Numbered from the stretch's first letter, positions 18,080 to 29,733 are shown. The stretch is 45,570 nt of DNA from Patescibacteria group bacterium (GCA_040388415.1 JAZKBV010000003.1:1-45570); one strand, 5' to 3'. The notes: generated by a model from the letters alone, not told the origin. Program-made: numbers and translations.

Positions 18080-18631
18080 ATGAAGAAAATGAATAAGAGA
18101 GGTGGTTTCACCCTCATCGAATTGCTCGTCGTTATCGCTATTATCGGTATTTTGTCATCAGTCGTTCTCGTTTCTTTGAACTCAGCTCGTTCAAAGGGTA
18201 AGGATACACACATCATTTCTGGTGTAAACCAGTTGAGAACTCAGATCGAAAGTGATGGTAGTGGATCGAGTTACAATAATGCATTCATAGGTGCAGGCAC
18301 AGCTTTTCCTTTTCTTGGTACCAATACTTCTGGTAGTTCAGTTACAACAGCGTATGCAACTTACAACCAGATATTTGCTGATTTGCACACAAATACAGCC
18401 GCAACAGTTTCTTCAACAACAAAGGCTGTCGGTGCTACAGCATTGACAACTAGTCCTGAATTGATCGTTGTTGTAAACGGTGCATCAGGTACAGCCGGAA
18501 ATCCTATCACTGGATATTCTATCCACGGATATTTGAGTACAGGCGTTTACTTCTGTATTGACTCAACAGGCAACACAAACCCTTCAGAAACAGTTGCAAA
18601 CGCAAGAACATTGAGTGTAACTTGTCTCTAA
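18080..18631 (+). CDS. pilA: type IV pilin, probable major pilin
   Basis: GG|FTLIELLVVIAIIGIL; C-terminal Cys pair; own extended -10 (TGATATAAT 18010-18018) and terminator; biased codon usage. Confidence 0.85.
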   Translation: MKKMNKRGGFTLIELLVVIAIIGILSSVVLVSLNSARSKGKDTHIISGVNQLRTQIESDGSGSSYNNAFIGAGTAFPFLGTNTSGSSVTTAYATYNQIFADLHTNTAATVSSTTKAVGATALTTSPELIVVVNGASGTAGNPITGYSIHGYLSTGVYFCIDSTGNTNPSETVANARTLSVTCL

Positions 18632-18664
18632 TTTAGTCTCCTAATCTAACATCTTAGATTCTCT

Positions 18665-18690
18665 CCACCCGCTCAGTGAGCGGGTGGTTT
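18665..18690 (+). terminator. intrinsic terminator after the major pilin
   Basis: CCACCCGCTCA-G-TGAGCGGGTGG followed by TTT. Confidence 0.75.
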
Positions 18691-18749
18691 GCGTATGGGG
18701 CAGGGTGCTCCACACCTTACATTCAATATATCCATGCTATAATTTACCC

Positions 18750-19280
18750 ATGAAATTCACATCTAATCGTTCCGTGTTCATTAACAATAGTGCGCGTCGC
18801 GGGTTCACCTTGATTGAGCTTTTGGTCGTCATCGCCATCATAGCTATTCTTACTGGTATCGTCGTCACCGGCCTCACTGCCTCAAAATCAAAATCACGTG
18901 ATGCCCAGCGTGTCTCTGATCTCAATCAGATCCAGTTGGCCCTCGAGCAATATTTTGACCGTTGTGGGCAGTATCCAGCAACAGGAGGTACAGATGGGCC
19001 ATCTACATCACCTACCTGTAATGTCGGTGGTTCAGAGGTAACGATAAATTCATATATCACGAAGATTCCAAAGGATCCATCAACAGGTGCTAAATATGAT
19101 TATGTAGTAAATGACGCTACTACTGCGACCGACTATGTACTGCATACCACTCTCGAAAATGCCAACAATGCTCAGGCAAATAGTTTTCCTGAGATCACTA
19201 CAAATAAACCGGGATGGATAACCTTTTCATGTTTTGACGCGTCGGCAGGAAATAAAAATTACTGTATAAGCACAAAATAA
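18750..19280 (+). CDS. type IV pilin / GspG-like pseudopilin
   Basis: G|FTLIELLVV, SRDAQRVSDL, IPKDP; TATAAT-N6-ATG start. Confidence 0.88.
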   Translation: MKFTSNRSVFINNSARRGFTLIELLVVIAIIAILTGIVVTGLTASKSKSRDAQRVSDLNQIQLALEQYFDRCGQYPATGGTDGPSTSPTCNVGGSEVTINSYITKIPKDPSTGAKYDYVVNDATTATDYVLHTTLENANNAQANSFPEITTNKPGWITFSCFDASAGNKNYCISTK

Positions 19281-19283
19281 TCT

Positions 19284-20102
19284 ATGGACACCCTCTCGCT
19301 CATCCTCACTTTCATCTTTGGTGTCGTCGTTGGAAGCTTCTTGAATGTAGTCGCGCTTCGTTTCAACACGGGCATGGGCCTCGGTGGACGATCAAAGTGT
19401 ATGTCCTGTGGTACCTCTCTCACGTGGAAAGAATTGATCCCGCTCTTCAGTTTTGCTGTGCAAAAAGGCTCATGCCGCAAATGTAAGAGCAAGATCTCAT
19501 GGCAGTATCCTCTCGTCGAGTTCATCGCTGGCGCTATCTTTGTTTTGATATTCTTCGCTTTTCCTCCGACGGAACCACTGAGCTCAGTCGTAACGCTCTT
19601 TCAGATCGCTATGGCATGTCTCTTGGTCGTTATTTCGGTTTACGATATCAAGCACAAGATCATTCCTGATAGTTTTGCCTATTCATTCGGTGTGCTTGCG
19701 CTCGCAAGTCTCTTTATCGGTGGTAGTTCATGGTGGCATATCCCAAGTGTTGAGATGCTTATCGCCGGACCAGTGCTCGCGGTGCCATTTGCTTTGCTCT
19801 GGCTTGTTTCAAGAGGGGCGTGGATGGGGCTTGGCGATGCGAAGCTCACTCTCGGTGTCGGCTGGTTACTCGGCGTGAGCGCGGGCGTCAATGCGCTTGT
19901 ATTGGCTTTCTGGATCGCCGCAGCCGTTTCGGTCATATGGTTGCTCGCTACGCACAAAAAGTTCAAGCCGCGCATCGAGATCCCATTCGGTCCGTATATC
20001 ATCCTCGGACTGTATCTTGTATTGCTATTCCATGTTCAAGTACTCGATGTCCACTTATTGAAAGATATAGTCATGTCATATCTCTCTACTTTCACGCTAT
20101 AA
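19284..20102 (+). CDS. pilD: prepilin peptidase
   Basis: GSFLNVV, CMSC/CRKC, YPLVE, YDIKHKIIP, MGLGDAKL, IPFGPY. Confidence 0.95.
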   Translation: MDTLSLILTFIFGVVVGSFLNVVALRFNTGMGLGGRSKCMSCGTSLTWKELIPLFSFAVQKGSCRKCKSKISWQYPLVEFIAGAIFVLIFFAFPPTEPLSSVVTLFQIAMACLLVVISVYDIKHKIIPDSFAYSFGVLALASLFIGGSSWWHIPSVEMLIAGPVLAVPFALLWLVSRGAWMGLGDAKLTLGVGWLLGVSAGVNALVLAFWIAAAVSVIWLLATHKKFKPRIEIPFGPYIILGLYLVLLFHVQVLDVHLLKDIVMSYLSTFTL

Positions 20103-20109
20103 TGTACCT

Positions 20110-20709
20110 ATGAATCGAGCCTTCACACTCATTGAACTCATCATTTCCATCGCCATCTTCGCTGCGATGACTGCGCTCGTCATCGCGAAATACGGCAGTT
20201 TCAATCAAGGCACGATTATCACCAATATGGCCTATGACATGGCGCTCACTATCCGCACTGCTCAGACGTATGGCCTGAGCGTCAAAAGCACGACCGCTGG
20301 CACAGACAATTTTAGCTCGGCATACGGCGTACATTTTGAATATGACACACCTACGCAGTTTATCTTTTTTGCTGATACAAACTCTTCAGAGCATCATGAT
20401 CATATATATGATAGCGATAGCGGGGAAGCGGTCACGACGTATGCAGTCACTCAGGGCGCGCTGATAACGTCGATCTGTCTCGCATCTCAATTGTCGGATT
20501 GTACTGATGACGGTTCTGGTGCAATAGTTTTGGATTCTGGAGACAGACTCGATATTACGTATAAGCGTCCAAATCCAAATGCATCTTTTTATTACCGAGG
20601 CGAGTCTGTTCCTCAACCGATCGCTTTCATCACGTTGACATCATCTGACGGCAGCAATAGCCAAGTGGTATATGTTCGAAAAAATGGTCAGATATCAGTA
20701 AATAACTAA
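20110..20709 (+). CDS. minor pilin (FimT/GspH-like)
   Basis: A|FTLIELIISIAI prepilin motif. Confidence 0.85.
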   Translation: MNRAFTLIELIISIAIFAAMTALVIAKYGSFNQGTIITNMAYDMALTIRTAQTYGLSVKSTTAGTDNFSSAYGVHFEYDTPTQFIFFADTNSSEHHDHIYDSDSGEAVTTYAVTQGALITSICLASQLSDCTDDGSGAIVLDSGDRLDITYKRPNPNASFYYRGESVPQPIAFITLTSSDGSNSQVVYVRKNGQISVNN

Positions 20710-20712
20710 CAT

Positions 20713-21375
20713 ATGAAATCACGCGGCTTTACACTCATTGAAATCATCGTCTCTCTCGGCATATTCTCTATTGTCGCTGTGATTGCCGTGGGTGCTCTCG
20801 TGCGCGTGACGAGCGCTAACCATCAGGCTCAAGCCATCCAGTCAGGTGTCAATAATGTGAGCTTTGTCCTCGATGCGATCAGTCGCGAGATGCGTGTGGG
20901 TACGACGTATAGTTGTTCAGTCAATCCGAGCCTTCAAGGAACATTTTATAATGGCGGCGGGGGATTGACTTCCACTCCATGCCCGACCACCTCAAGCCCA
21001 AATAATGTGATCATCGCTTTCTCATCTTCAAACGTTGATCCAAATGACAGGTCATGTAATCTGATCTACGCCTATCTTTTTCATATTGAAACCGATGGTA
21101 ATACCATGATCTATAAGGCAGAAGAAACAAGTTGCGATCAAAAAATCCAAGGCGTACAGGGCGTAACAGGCTTGCCGAATGACGGGTCGACAGCATTTTA
21201 TCCAGTGACATCAAGCAGTATAAAAATACTAGCTTATAAAGCAGGGGTATATGGAGGTAGCGGATCGACCCCGTACGGTTCTGTCTTTATCCGTCTGTAT
21301 GGGTATGCGGGTACAAAGATCAAGGATCAGTCGGTCTTTGACGTCGAGACGACAATATCTCAGCGTTCACAATAA
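20713..21375 (+). CDS. minor pilin (PilW/GspJ-like)
   Basis: G|FTLIEIIVSLGI, ISREMR. Confidence 0.85.
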   Translation: MKSRGFTLIEIIVSLGIFSIVAVIAVGALVRVTSANHQAQAIQSGVNNVSFVLDAISREMRVGTTYSCSVNPSLQGTFYNGGGGLTSTPCPTTSSPNNVIIAFSSSNVDPNDRSCNLIYAYLFHIETDGNTMIYKAEETSCDQKIQGVQGVTGLPNDGSTAFYPVTSSSIKILAYKAGVYGGSGSTPYGSVFIRLYGYAGTKIKDQSVFDVETTISQRSQ

Positions 21376-21383
21376 TACTCATT

Positions 21384-21926
21384 ATGAATACTCAACACAC
21401 AAAAAATGGCTTTACCTTGGTTGAGACGCTGGTAGCAGTGGCGATTCTCATGATCGCTATCGCTGGACCGCTGACTGTTGCAAATAAAGCTCTCACTGCT
21501 GCTCTCGGCTCTCGCAATGGCATGATCGCCACATTTCTGGCTCAGGAGGGCATGGAGTCGGTCAAAAATGTTAAAGATAATAATGTAGTACTTTCAGGTC
21601 CGAGCGGATTCTTGAATCATTTGGGTGACGGATCAAGCTTTTGTTCGTTATCAGCACCATGTCAGACACCAGTAGCGTGGACTAACAACGGATTTGTAAC
21701 TGCCTCAGCAAGCTCATGCAGTGCAAACTGCTCGCTTTATGTCGATGATTCAGCGGACTATAATTATCAGTCTGCCGGTCGCCTGACGCCATTCAAGCGC
21801 TACTATTACATATCAAATGGAAGCAATACTGATGAAAGAATAGTTACTGTTGTCGTTTCTTGGTCAGATGGCACGCTGCCCAATAGTATAAGTTTACAAG
21901 AGCTCATGACTAATACACCACGCTAA
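21384..21926 (+). CDS. minor pilin (PilV/GspI-like)
   Basis: G|FTLVETLVAV, LAQEGME, VTVVVSW. Confidence 0.85.
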   Translation: MNTQHTKNGFTLVETLVAVAILMIAIAGPLTVANKALTAALGSRNGMIATFLAQEGMESVKNVKDNNVVLSGPSGFLNHLGDGSSFCSLSAPCQTPVAWTNNGFVTASASSCSANCSLYVDDSADYNYQSAGRLTPFKRYYYISNGSNTDERIVTVVVSWSDGTLPNSISLQELMTNTPR

Positions 21927-21927
21927 T

Positions 21928-24544
<2,617 letters not shown>

Positions 24545-24547
24545 AAA

Positions 24548-24569
24548 ACCACGGAATAAATTCCGTGGT
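24548..24569. terminator. hairpin terminator between convergent genes
   Basis: ACCACGGAAT-AA-ATTCCGTGGT preceded by an A-tract (U-tract on the minus strand). Confidence 0.7.
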
Positions 24570-24581
24570 GGTGAGAGTTAT

Positions 24582-24977
24582 TCAAGCAAATATTGAACTT
24601 TTTTTGCGAGCCAATCCCGCACGTCTAGTTTTCTTTAAATCAGCAGCGAATCTTTTGCGCAGGGCAGCCATGATTTCTTCGGTCGCAGTGTCGGCTTGAT
24701 CTGTCGTTATCTCAAGTTTGCTTTTTGATGCAGCCTTGATTGCAATTCCGATGTGAGGTTTAACGTCGGCAAATATCTTTTCCGGCTCATATTTGAGTAT
24801 CTGTAGAAATGTCTCTTTAGCTCCAGGCTGGGACAATTGACGAAAAGTCTTATTATCCAAAAGCAATATAGACATGAGGTCGGCGGGGATAATCGGCATA
24901 CGTCCTTTCAATATGACATTGTTGTGTACTGCGGTTGTTTGCTCCTCAACATACCTGATAAACGCACTCCACGTCAA
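24582..24977 (-). CDS. hypothetical protein
   Basis: 131-aa ORF filling the ligA-gatC gap; TTG start uncertain, may be a remnant. Confidence 0.45.
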   Translation of the reverse strand: MTWSAFIRYVEEQTTAVHNNVILKGRMPIIPADLMSILLLDNKTFRQLSQPGAKETFLQILKYEPEKIFADVKPHIGIAIKAASKSKLEITTDQADTATEEIMAALRKRFAADLKKTRRAGLARKKSSIFA

Positions 24978-25017
24978 CCTGTTGAATGAAAGGTGAGAGC
25001 CTGTTACACTTCATTTC

Positions 25018-25308
25018 ATGATAACTACCGCAGAACTCGAAAAACTCGCCACTCTTGCGCGTATCAAGCTCACTGACGATGATAAGAGTTCGCTCGTCAC
25101 AGAATTTGATTCTATTTTGAAATATGTCGACCAGCTCAAGAAAGTAGATGTTTCACTCGATGCCGAGGGTCGTGTTGGTGCAGTAAAGAATGTGGCACGA
25201 CCAGATGAAGTTCATTCGACGAGCCCAGCCGATAGAGAAGGGCTTCTCAATGAAGCGCCGTACAGAGAAGGCGATTTTATTGCGGTCAAGAAGATGATAG
25301 AGCAATAA
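25018..25308 (+). CDS. gatC: Asp/Glu-tRNA amidotransferase subunit C
   Basis: KLATLARI, ILKYVDQL, ARPDE; TTGAAT-N17-TACACT-N7-ATG. Confidence 0.92.
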   Translation: MITTAELEKLATLARIKLTDDDKSSLVTEFDSILKYVDQLKKVDVSLDAEGRVGAVKNVARPDEVHSTSPADREGLLNEAPYREGDFIAVKKMIEQ

Positions 25309-25325
25309 AGCGGGATACAAATACA

Positions 25326-26786
25326 ATGAACATCGACCTTAAAACACTTACTATACAGAAAGCCCATGAAGCCTTGAAGAAAGGCGGATATACTTCTGTT
25401 CAATTGACGCAGGCATATCTCGACGAGATCAAAAAGAGGAACCCAAGCATCAATGCGTATCTTGAAGTGTTTGCTGATGCGCTTGATCAGGCACAGAAAG
25501 CAGATGAAAAAATCGCTGATGCGAAAAAAAGAGGTACAGATTTTCCTCTACTCTGCGGTATTCCGTGTGGCATCAAAGATAATATTCTTATTCAGGGACA
25601 TATCGCTAGCGCAGCCTCGAAAATGCTTGAGAACTATCATGCTACATACGATGCGACAGTTATCCTTAAACTCAAAGAAGCCGGCGCAGTATTTCTTGGA
25701 CGATTGAACATGGATGAATTCGCCATGGGTGGTTCGACTGAAAACTCTGCGTATGGGCCAACGAAAAATCCTCATGATGAGAGCAGGGTAGCAGGTGGCT
25801 CTTCGGGCGGTTCAGCTGCCGCAGTAGCTATGCATGGAGCACTCTTCACTCTCGGTTCAGATACGGGCGGTTCTATCCGTCAGCCGGCGAGTTTCTGCGG
25901 AGTTGTTGGGCTCAAGCCAACTTATGGTGCAATCTCGCGTTATGGGGTTATGGCCATGGGTTCATCTCTCGATCAGATTGGTCCTATCGCCAATACAGTG
26001 ACTGACACTGAAAGCATTTTTAATGCTATCAAAGGACAAGATATAAAAGATGGGACAACTATTAGTGGGGATACATATAAAGCTGGAGATAAGAGCTATG
26101 AGGTAGGAGGTAAGAAGCCGATCATCGGCGTGCCTCGCGACTTCCTTAAAGGTGATGGTATCGATTCTGCAGTGCTCGCATCGTTCAATGACTCGCTCGA
26201 TTCATTCAAAAAAATGGGCTATGAGATCAAAGATATTTCATTGCCGAACATTTCATATTCTCTCATGGTCTATTATGTCCTCATGCCTGCAGAAGTATCT
26301 TCGAACATGGCCCGTTTCGACGGCGTGAAGTATGGTCTGCATACGGATGGCGCGAATGTCATCGAAGATTATTTTGAAACGCGTCGCGCCGGTTTTGGTA
26401 AAGAAGTCATTCGTCGTATTCTCCTTGGCACCTATGTGCTCACATCAGGCTACTATGACGCATACTACAACCGCGCCAATGCAGTGCGCCAAATGATTAC
26501 GAACGATTTTCTCAAAGCATTTGAGTCAGTTGATATTATTGCTACACCAACTGCACCATCTCCTGCTTTCAAGATAGGGGAGAAGACTGCTGATCCTGTC
26601 GCTATGTACCTCGAGGATATATTTACGGTCACCGCTAACCTCACTGGTTTGCCAGCGCTCTCAGTTCCTTGTGGAGAAGTTGAGAAAGAGGGGAAGAACC
26701 TTCCTATCGGGCTACAGCTCACCGCTCGTCACGGCGATGAAAAGACGCTTTTTGATGCGGGTAAAGATTTTTTGAAGGAAGTGTAA
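25326..26786 (+). CDS. gatA: Asp/Glu-tRNA amidotransferase subunit A
   Basis: IKDN, NMDEFAMG, GGSSGGS, SDTGGSIRQPA, GYYDAYY. Confidence 0.97.
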   Translation: MNIDLKTLTIQKAHEALKKGGYTSVQLTQAYLDEIKKRNPSINAYLEVFADALDQAQKADEKIADAKKRGTDFPLLCGIPCGIKDNILIQGHIASAASKMLENYHATYDATVILKLKEAGAVFLGRLNMDEFAMGGSTENSAYGPTKNPHDESRVAGGSSGGSAAAVAMHGALFTLGSDTGGSIRQPASFCGVVGLKPTYGAISRYGVMAMGSSLDQIGPIANTVTDTESIFNAIKGQDIKDGTTISGDTYKAGDKSYEVGGKKPIIGVPRDFLKGDGIDSAVLASFNDSLDSFKKMGYEIKDISLPNISYSLMVYYVLMPAEVSSNMARFDGVKYGLHTDGANVIEDYFETRRAGFGKEVIRRILLGTYVLTSGYYDAYYNRANAVRQMITNDFLKAFESVDIIATPTAPSPAFKIGEKTADPVAMYLEDIFTVTANLTGLPALSVPCGEVEKEGKNLPIGLQLTARHGDEKTLFDAGKDFLKEV

Positions 26787-26831
26787 GCGTGTGCGAACAG
26801 TGCGATAGTCGTATATAATATAGGGGTTACC

Positions 26832-27521
26832 ATGGCTGATAAAAAAGAAAAAAAGGAGATTGAAGTAGCTGGCCTCGAAATCGGCGCCCTTATACTGCTC
26901 ATCGTGCTCGTTGCTGCCTGGGCCTCTATCTCTGAGTATTTGCAAGTGCTTCTCAATGCGTTCGGCATCCCTCATGCTCTCGATGTAGTCACAAAGTATA
27001 CTGGCGTATACTCGCCGACTGTCGCTCTCTATGCAAAAAAAATATTGAGCATCTGCATAGCCCTCGCTTTTCCTGTGGCGCTCTTCTTCTTGGTAGGTAT
27101 TATCTATTGTGTCGAGCAACTCAAGCATATCCGCAAAAAAGAAGCAGAGAAGTATGATCTCAAAGTTGAACCTGCTTATGAAGAGGGAGTCAAAGCTGAC
27201 CGCGTCCTTGCTGAGCGTTGGGAGCGCGTTCAAACGCATGTCAGTTCAGAGAATCCAAATGACTGGCGCCAAGCGATCATGGAGGCGGATGTCATGCTCG
27301 ACGATGTTCTCACCACTCTTGGATATCAGGGCGAAGGCATCGGCGAAAAGCTCAAGAGAGTGGAAAAAGGGGATATGCATACCCTCCAAGATGCTTGGGA
27401 TGCGCATCTCGTGCGCAATAAAATCGCTCATGAAGGATCAGATTTTGCACTCACAAAATATGAAGCACAACGCGTTATCAACCAATATAAAAAGGTTTTT
27501 GAGGAATTCTACTATATTTAG
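26832..27521 (+). CDS. conserved hypothetical membrane protein
   Basis: 2 TM helices then WRQAIMEAD..GEKLK..AWDAHLVRNKIAH (RxxxxH motif). Confidence 0.8.
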   Translation: MADKKEKKEIEVAGLEIGALILLIVLVAAWASISEYLQVLLNAFGIPHALDVVTKYTGVYSPTVALYAKKILSICIALAFPVALFFLVGIIYCVEQLKHIRKKEAEKYDLKVEPAYEEGVKADRVLAERWERVQTHVSSENPNDWRQAIMEADVMLDDVLTTLGYQGEGIGEKLKRVEKGDMHTLQDAWDAHLVRNKIAHEGSDFALTKYEAQRVINQYKKVFEEFYYI

Positions 27522-27538
27522 TTTTTAGACACTGCTTG

Positions 27539-27610
27539 TTGCGGGGGACGGAATCGAACCGTCAATCTTCAGGTTATGAGCCTGACGAGCTACCGTTGCT
27601 CTACCCCGCG
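27539..27610 (-). tRNA. initiator tRNA-fMet(CAU)
   Basis: CGCGGGG 5' end with C1:A72 mismatch; TCAGG-CT CAT AA-CCTGA. Confidence 0.92.
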
Positions 27611-27716
27611 ATAGAAGGGTATTGTGGCACAAAATTTCACTCGATGCAAATACCTCGGGTAATTGAGCTCGATTGTAATTGCATATTCGCGTTATTTTGG
27701 GTATTGTAGTGTGACT

Positions 27717-27787
27717 GTCGGTGTAGTTCAATGGTAGAACGAAGGACTCATAAGCCTTAGACAATGGTCCGATTCCATTCACCGACA
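27717..27787 (+). tRNA. tRNA with CAU anticodon, probably elongator Met
   Basis: GTCGGTG/CACCGAC acceptor stem, CT CAT AA loop, T-loop TCCGATT. Confidence 0.85.
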
Positions 27788-27856
27788 CAATATTTCGAGC
27801 TTGCGTAATCGCGTTTTCTTGTCTTTTCTGCATTTTTTGCTACACTACCTTTCACT

Positions 27857-27930
27857 GCGCCCGTAGCTCAGCTGGTTAGAGCGCTCCCCTGTCACGGGAG
27901 AGGTCATGGGTTCGAGTCCCACCGGGCGCG
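27857..27930 (+). tRNA. tRNA-Asp(GUC)
   Basis: GCGCCCG/CGGGCGC, CTCCC-CT GTC AC-GGGAG, G73. Confidence 0.95.
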
Positions 27931-27933
27931 CAG

Positions 27934-28116
27934 AAAAAATCCCCTTTAGGGGATTTTTTGCGCCCGAGCAAGCCAATAGTTTGGCTTGCGTGTGGGACTC
28001 GAACGCCGGAGCGATGTTTCGTGTGGCAACACGAAACCGCGAGGCGGTGCCCAACCCGAACGAGGCGGGTAGCCGAGTGAGAGGTGCGGGTGAGTCCCCG
28101 TAGGGGAAGAGTCCCA
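27934..28116 (+). repeat. structured tRNA 3'-trailer element (Asp copy)
   Basis: Hairpin 27934-27959, then antisense copy of the tRNA 3' end (GCGCCCG 27960-27966, GTGGGACTCGAAC 27992-28004) split by hairpin GCAAGCCAA/TTGGCTTGC; further hairpins; TCCCC-GTA-GGGGA then GAGTCCCA. Confidence 0.7.
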
Positions 28117-28135
28117 GTTGTTGTACAATACCTCT

Positions 28136-28894
28136 ATGAAAATACTTCTTATTTTTGGAGCGATAGTCGCTGTGGTGGTTCTAGCATTTGCTCCTATTAT
28201 CCCCGTTAGTGTCGAAAAGTTACCTGAACACACTTTGTTCAACTTCCAGCGCGTCGGTGGCATTGCTGGTTTCAATGACAATATCTCTGTCGACTATGGT
28301 GGCAATGTCTTCAAGACAGACAGAAGTGTCGGTAAGCTCGATGATACACAACTCGCTGCACTCAATGCCTATATTTCAGATAAAAAATACACTGCAGACG
28401 TTACTTCGTTCATTGATTTGATAAAATCGAAAGTACAGAAACCAGAATCGTATCCAGATATGATGACTGTGTTGGTGCGCATCCAAAACGGCTCAAAGAC
28501 GGTCAAGGTGCTTCAAGATACATTTATCAACGACTTGGTCGCGCAACTCACTGAGCTGATTAACACCGGTCCGACGATCAGTGCAATTAATCCATCGAGT
28601 GCTCATATAGGAGATCGTGTCGAAATCGACGGAACACATTTTAGCGGTTTTGAAGGTGATAAGTACGCTTGGATGGAAAACTCGGCCACTGGCGTGAAAG
28701 GTATTATTTACAATGATGTCGGCTCGACTGATAGTTTGATCAAGTTCACGTTGAAAGATAAATACTGTACGGCAGATACATCCTACTCAGGAAAGTCGTG
28801 TCCGTCGTATCTGACTATCGTTCCTGGGGAGTATAACGTTTTTGTATACCCTTGGGGACGAATGAGTAACAAGATGAAGTTCATCGTCGAGTGA
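28136..28894 (+). CDS. secreted/anchored protein with a C-terminal IPT/TIG-like domain
   Basis: Hydrophobic N-terminus; PTISAINPSSAHIGDRVEIDGTHF...PGEYNVFV...SN. Confidence 0.75.
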   Translation: MKILLIFGAIVAVVVLAFAPIIPVSVEKLPEHTLFNFQRVGGIAGFNDNISVDYGGNVFKTDRSVGKLDDTQLAALNAYISDKKYTADVTSFIDLIKSKVQKPESYPDMMTVLVRIQNGSKTVKVLQDTFINDLVAQLTELINTGPTISAINPSSAHIGDRVEIDGTHFSGFEGDKYAWMENSATGVKGIIYNDVGSTDSLIKFTLKDKYCTADTSYSGKSCPSYLTIVPGEYNVFVYPWGRMSNKMKFIVE

Positions 28895-28923
28895 TTGAAA
28901 TAATCTCATAAATAGACTATTCT
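28895..28923 (+). promoter_or_regulatory. sigma70-type promoter for tRNA-Thr
   Basis: TTGAAA-N17-TATTCT. Confidence 0.55.
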
Positions 28924-28952
28924 TAGCACCACGCGAAGTAATTTGAAAATTC

Positions 28953-29228
28953 GCCGTTGTAGCTCAGTTGGTAGAGCACGCCATTGGTAGGTCGTAAGAC
29001 CCTGCCCACGTACTTGGTAACATATACGTGAATCCCGAATTACGGTTAAAGTCCTTTTGATTTCAAGAAGGATAAGACCGTGGCGTGAATCTTTTATTAT
29101 GTAGAAGATTTACGCCCGAACGACTGACAAGGGTTTCCATGCTTATGGAAAAAGATACAGTCTAGTCCTCCTGTAAAGAGAGGTGTAAACGAATGGCGAG
29201 GTCTCCGGTTCAATCCCGGACAACGGCT
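28953..29228 (+). tRNA. tRNA-Thr(GGU) interrupted by an intron (exons 28953-28988 and 29192-29228)
   Basis: Joined exons give a 73-nt cloverleaf: GCCGTTG/CAACGGC, CGCCA-TT GGT|AA-TGGCG, TCCGG-TTCAATC-CCGGA. Confidence 0.92.
28989..29191 (+). ncRNA. group I self-splicing intron, 203 nt, no internal ORF
   Basis: 5' exon ends in U paired to G in P1, intron ends in G; P4 TTACGGT/ACCGTGG, P7 GACTG/CAGTC within the S-like motif AAGATACAGTCTAG, P8 TTTCCAT/ATGGAAA, P9 with a GTAA loop. Confidence 0.9.
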
Positions 29229-29241
29229 CCCTTAAATATTT

Positions 29242-29270
29242 TTGACGATGTTTGGTAGATTGGATATACT
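29242..29270 (+). promoter_or_regulatory. promoter of the HNH gene (leaderless)
   Basis: TTGACG-N17-TATACT, with ATG 7 nt downstream. Confidence 0.7.
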
Positions 29271-29277
29271 CGACATC

Positions 29278-29733
29278 ATGCCAATGCCGAGGAAAAATAA
29301 AAATGTATGTCCAGTCTGTTCCACGATGCCAGAGCGTTCTAGGTATATGTATTGTAGCAATAAGTGCCAATTAGAATTTCAGCGTAGAAGATATATCGAG
29401 AAATGGAAATCGGGTGAGATAAGTGGCCTCAGTAATATTGGAACTGTGTCAGTAGTTGTAAAGGAATACTTGAGAAAGAAGTATGATAATAAGTGTGTAT
29501 TATGTGGGTGGTCGATAATGAACCTTAAAACTGGTATAGTTCCTTTGGTTGCAGATCATATTGATGGCAACTGGCGTAATAATGTTGAGAGTAATCTGAG
29601 GTTGCTCTGTCCCAACTGTGATTCTCTCACGCCAACATATGGAGGTTCCAATAAAGGATATGGGCGCGTTAATAGGGCAGTGAGCAAAAGAGTGTCAGAG
29701 GGACGTTTGTTATCAAGGGTCTTGCCAAATTAG
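29278..29733 (+). CDS. free-standing HNH endonuclease with an N-terminal Zn ribbon
   Basis: CPVC..CSNKC; CVLC..DHIDGNWRNN..NLRLLCPNCD; stop codon lies inside the next tRNA. Confidence 0.88.
   Translation: MPMPRKNKNVCPVCSTMPERSRYMYCSNKCQLEFQRRRYIEKWKSGEISGLSNIGTVSVVVKEYLRKKYDNKCVLCGWSIMNLKTGIVPLVADHIDGNWRNNVESNLRLLCPNCDSLTPTYGGSNKGYGRVNRAVSKRVSEGRLLSRVLPN

Noticed and set aside
25018-26786. Missing gatB as an anomaly
   Set aside because: gatB is often encoded elsewhere; cannot be judged from one window
29143-29370. Intron-encoded or antisense ORF
   Set aside because: Crosses the intron, exon and HNH gene on the opposite strand and has no motifs
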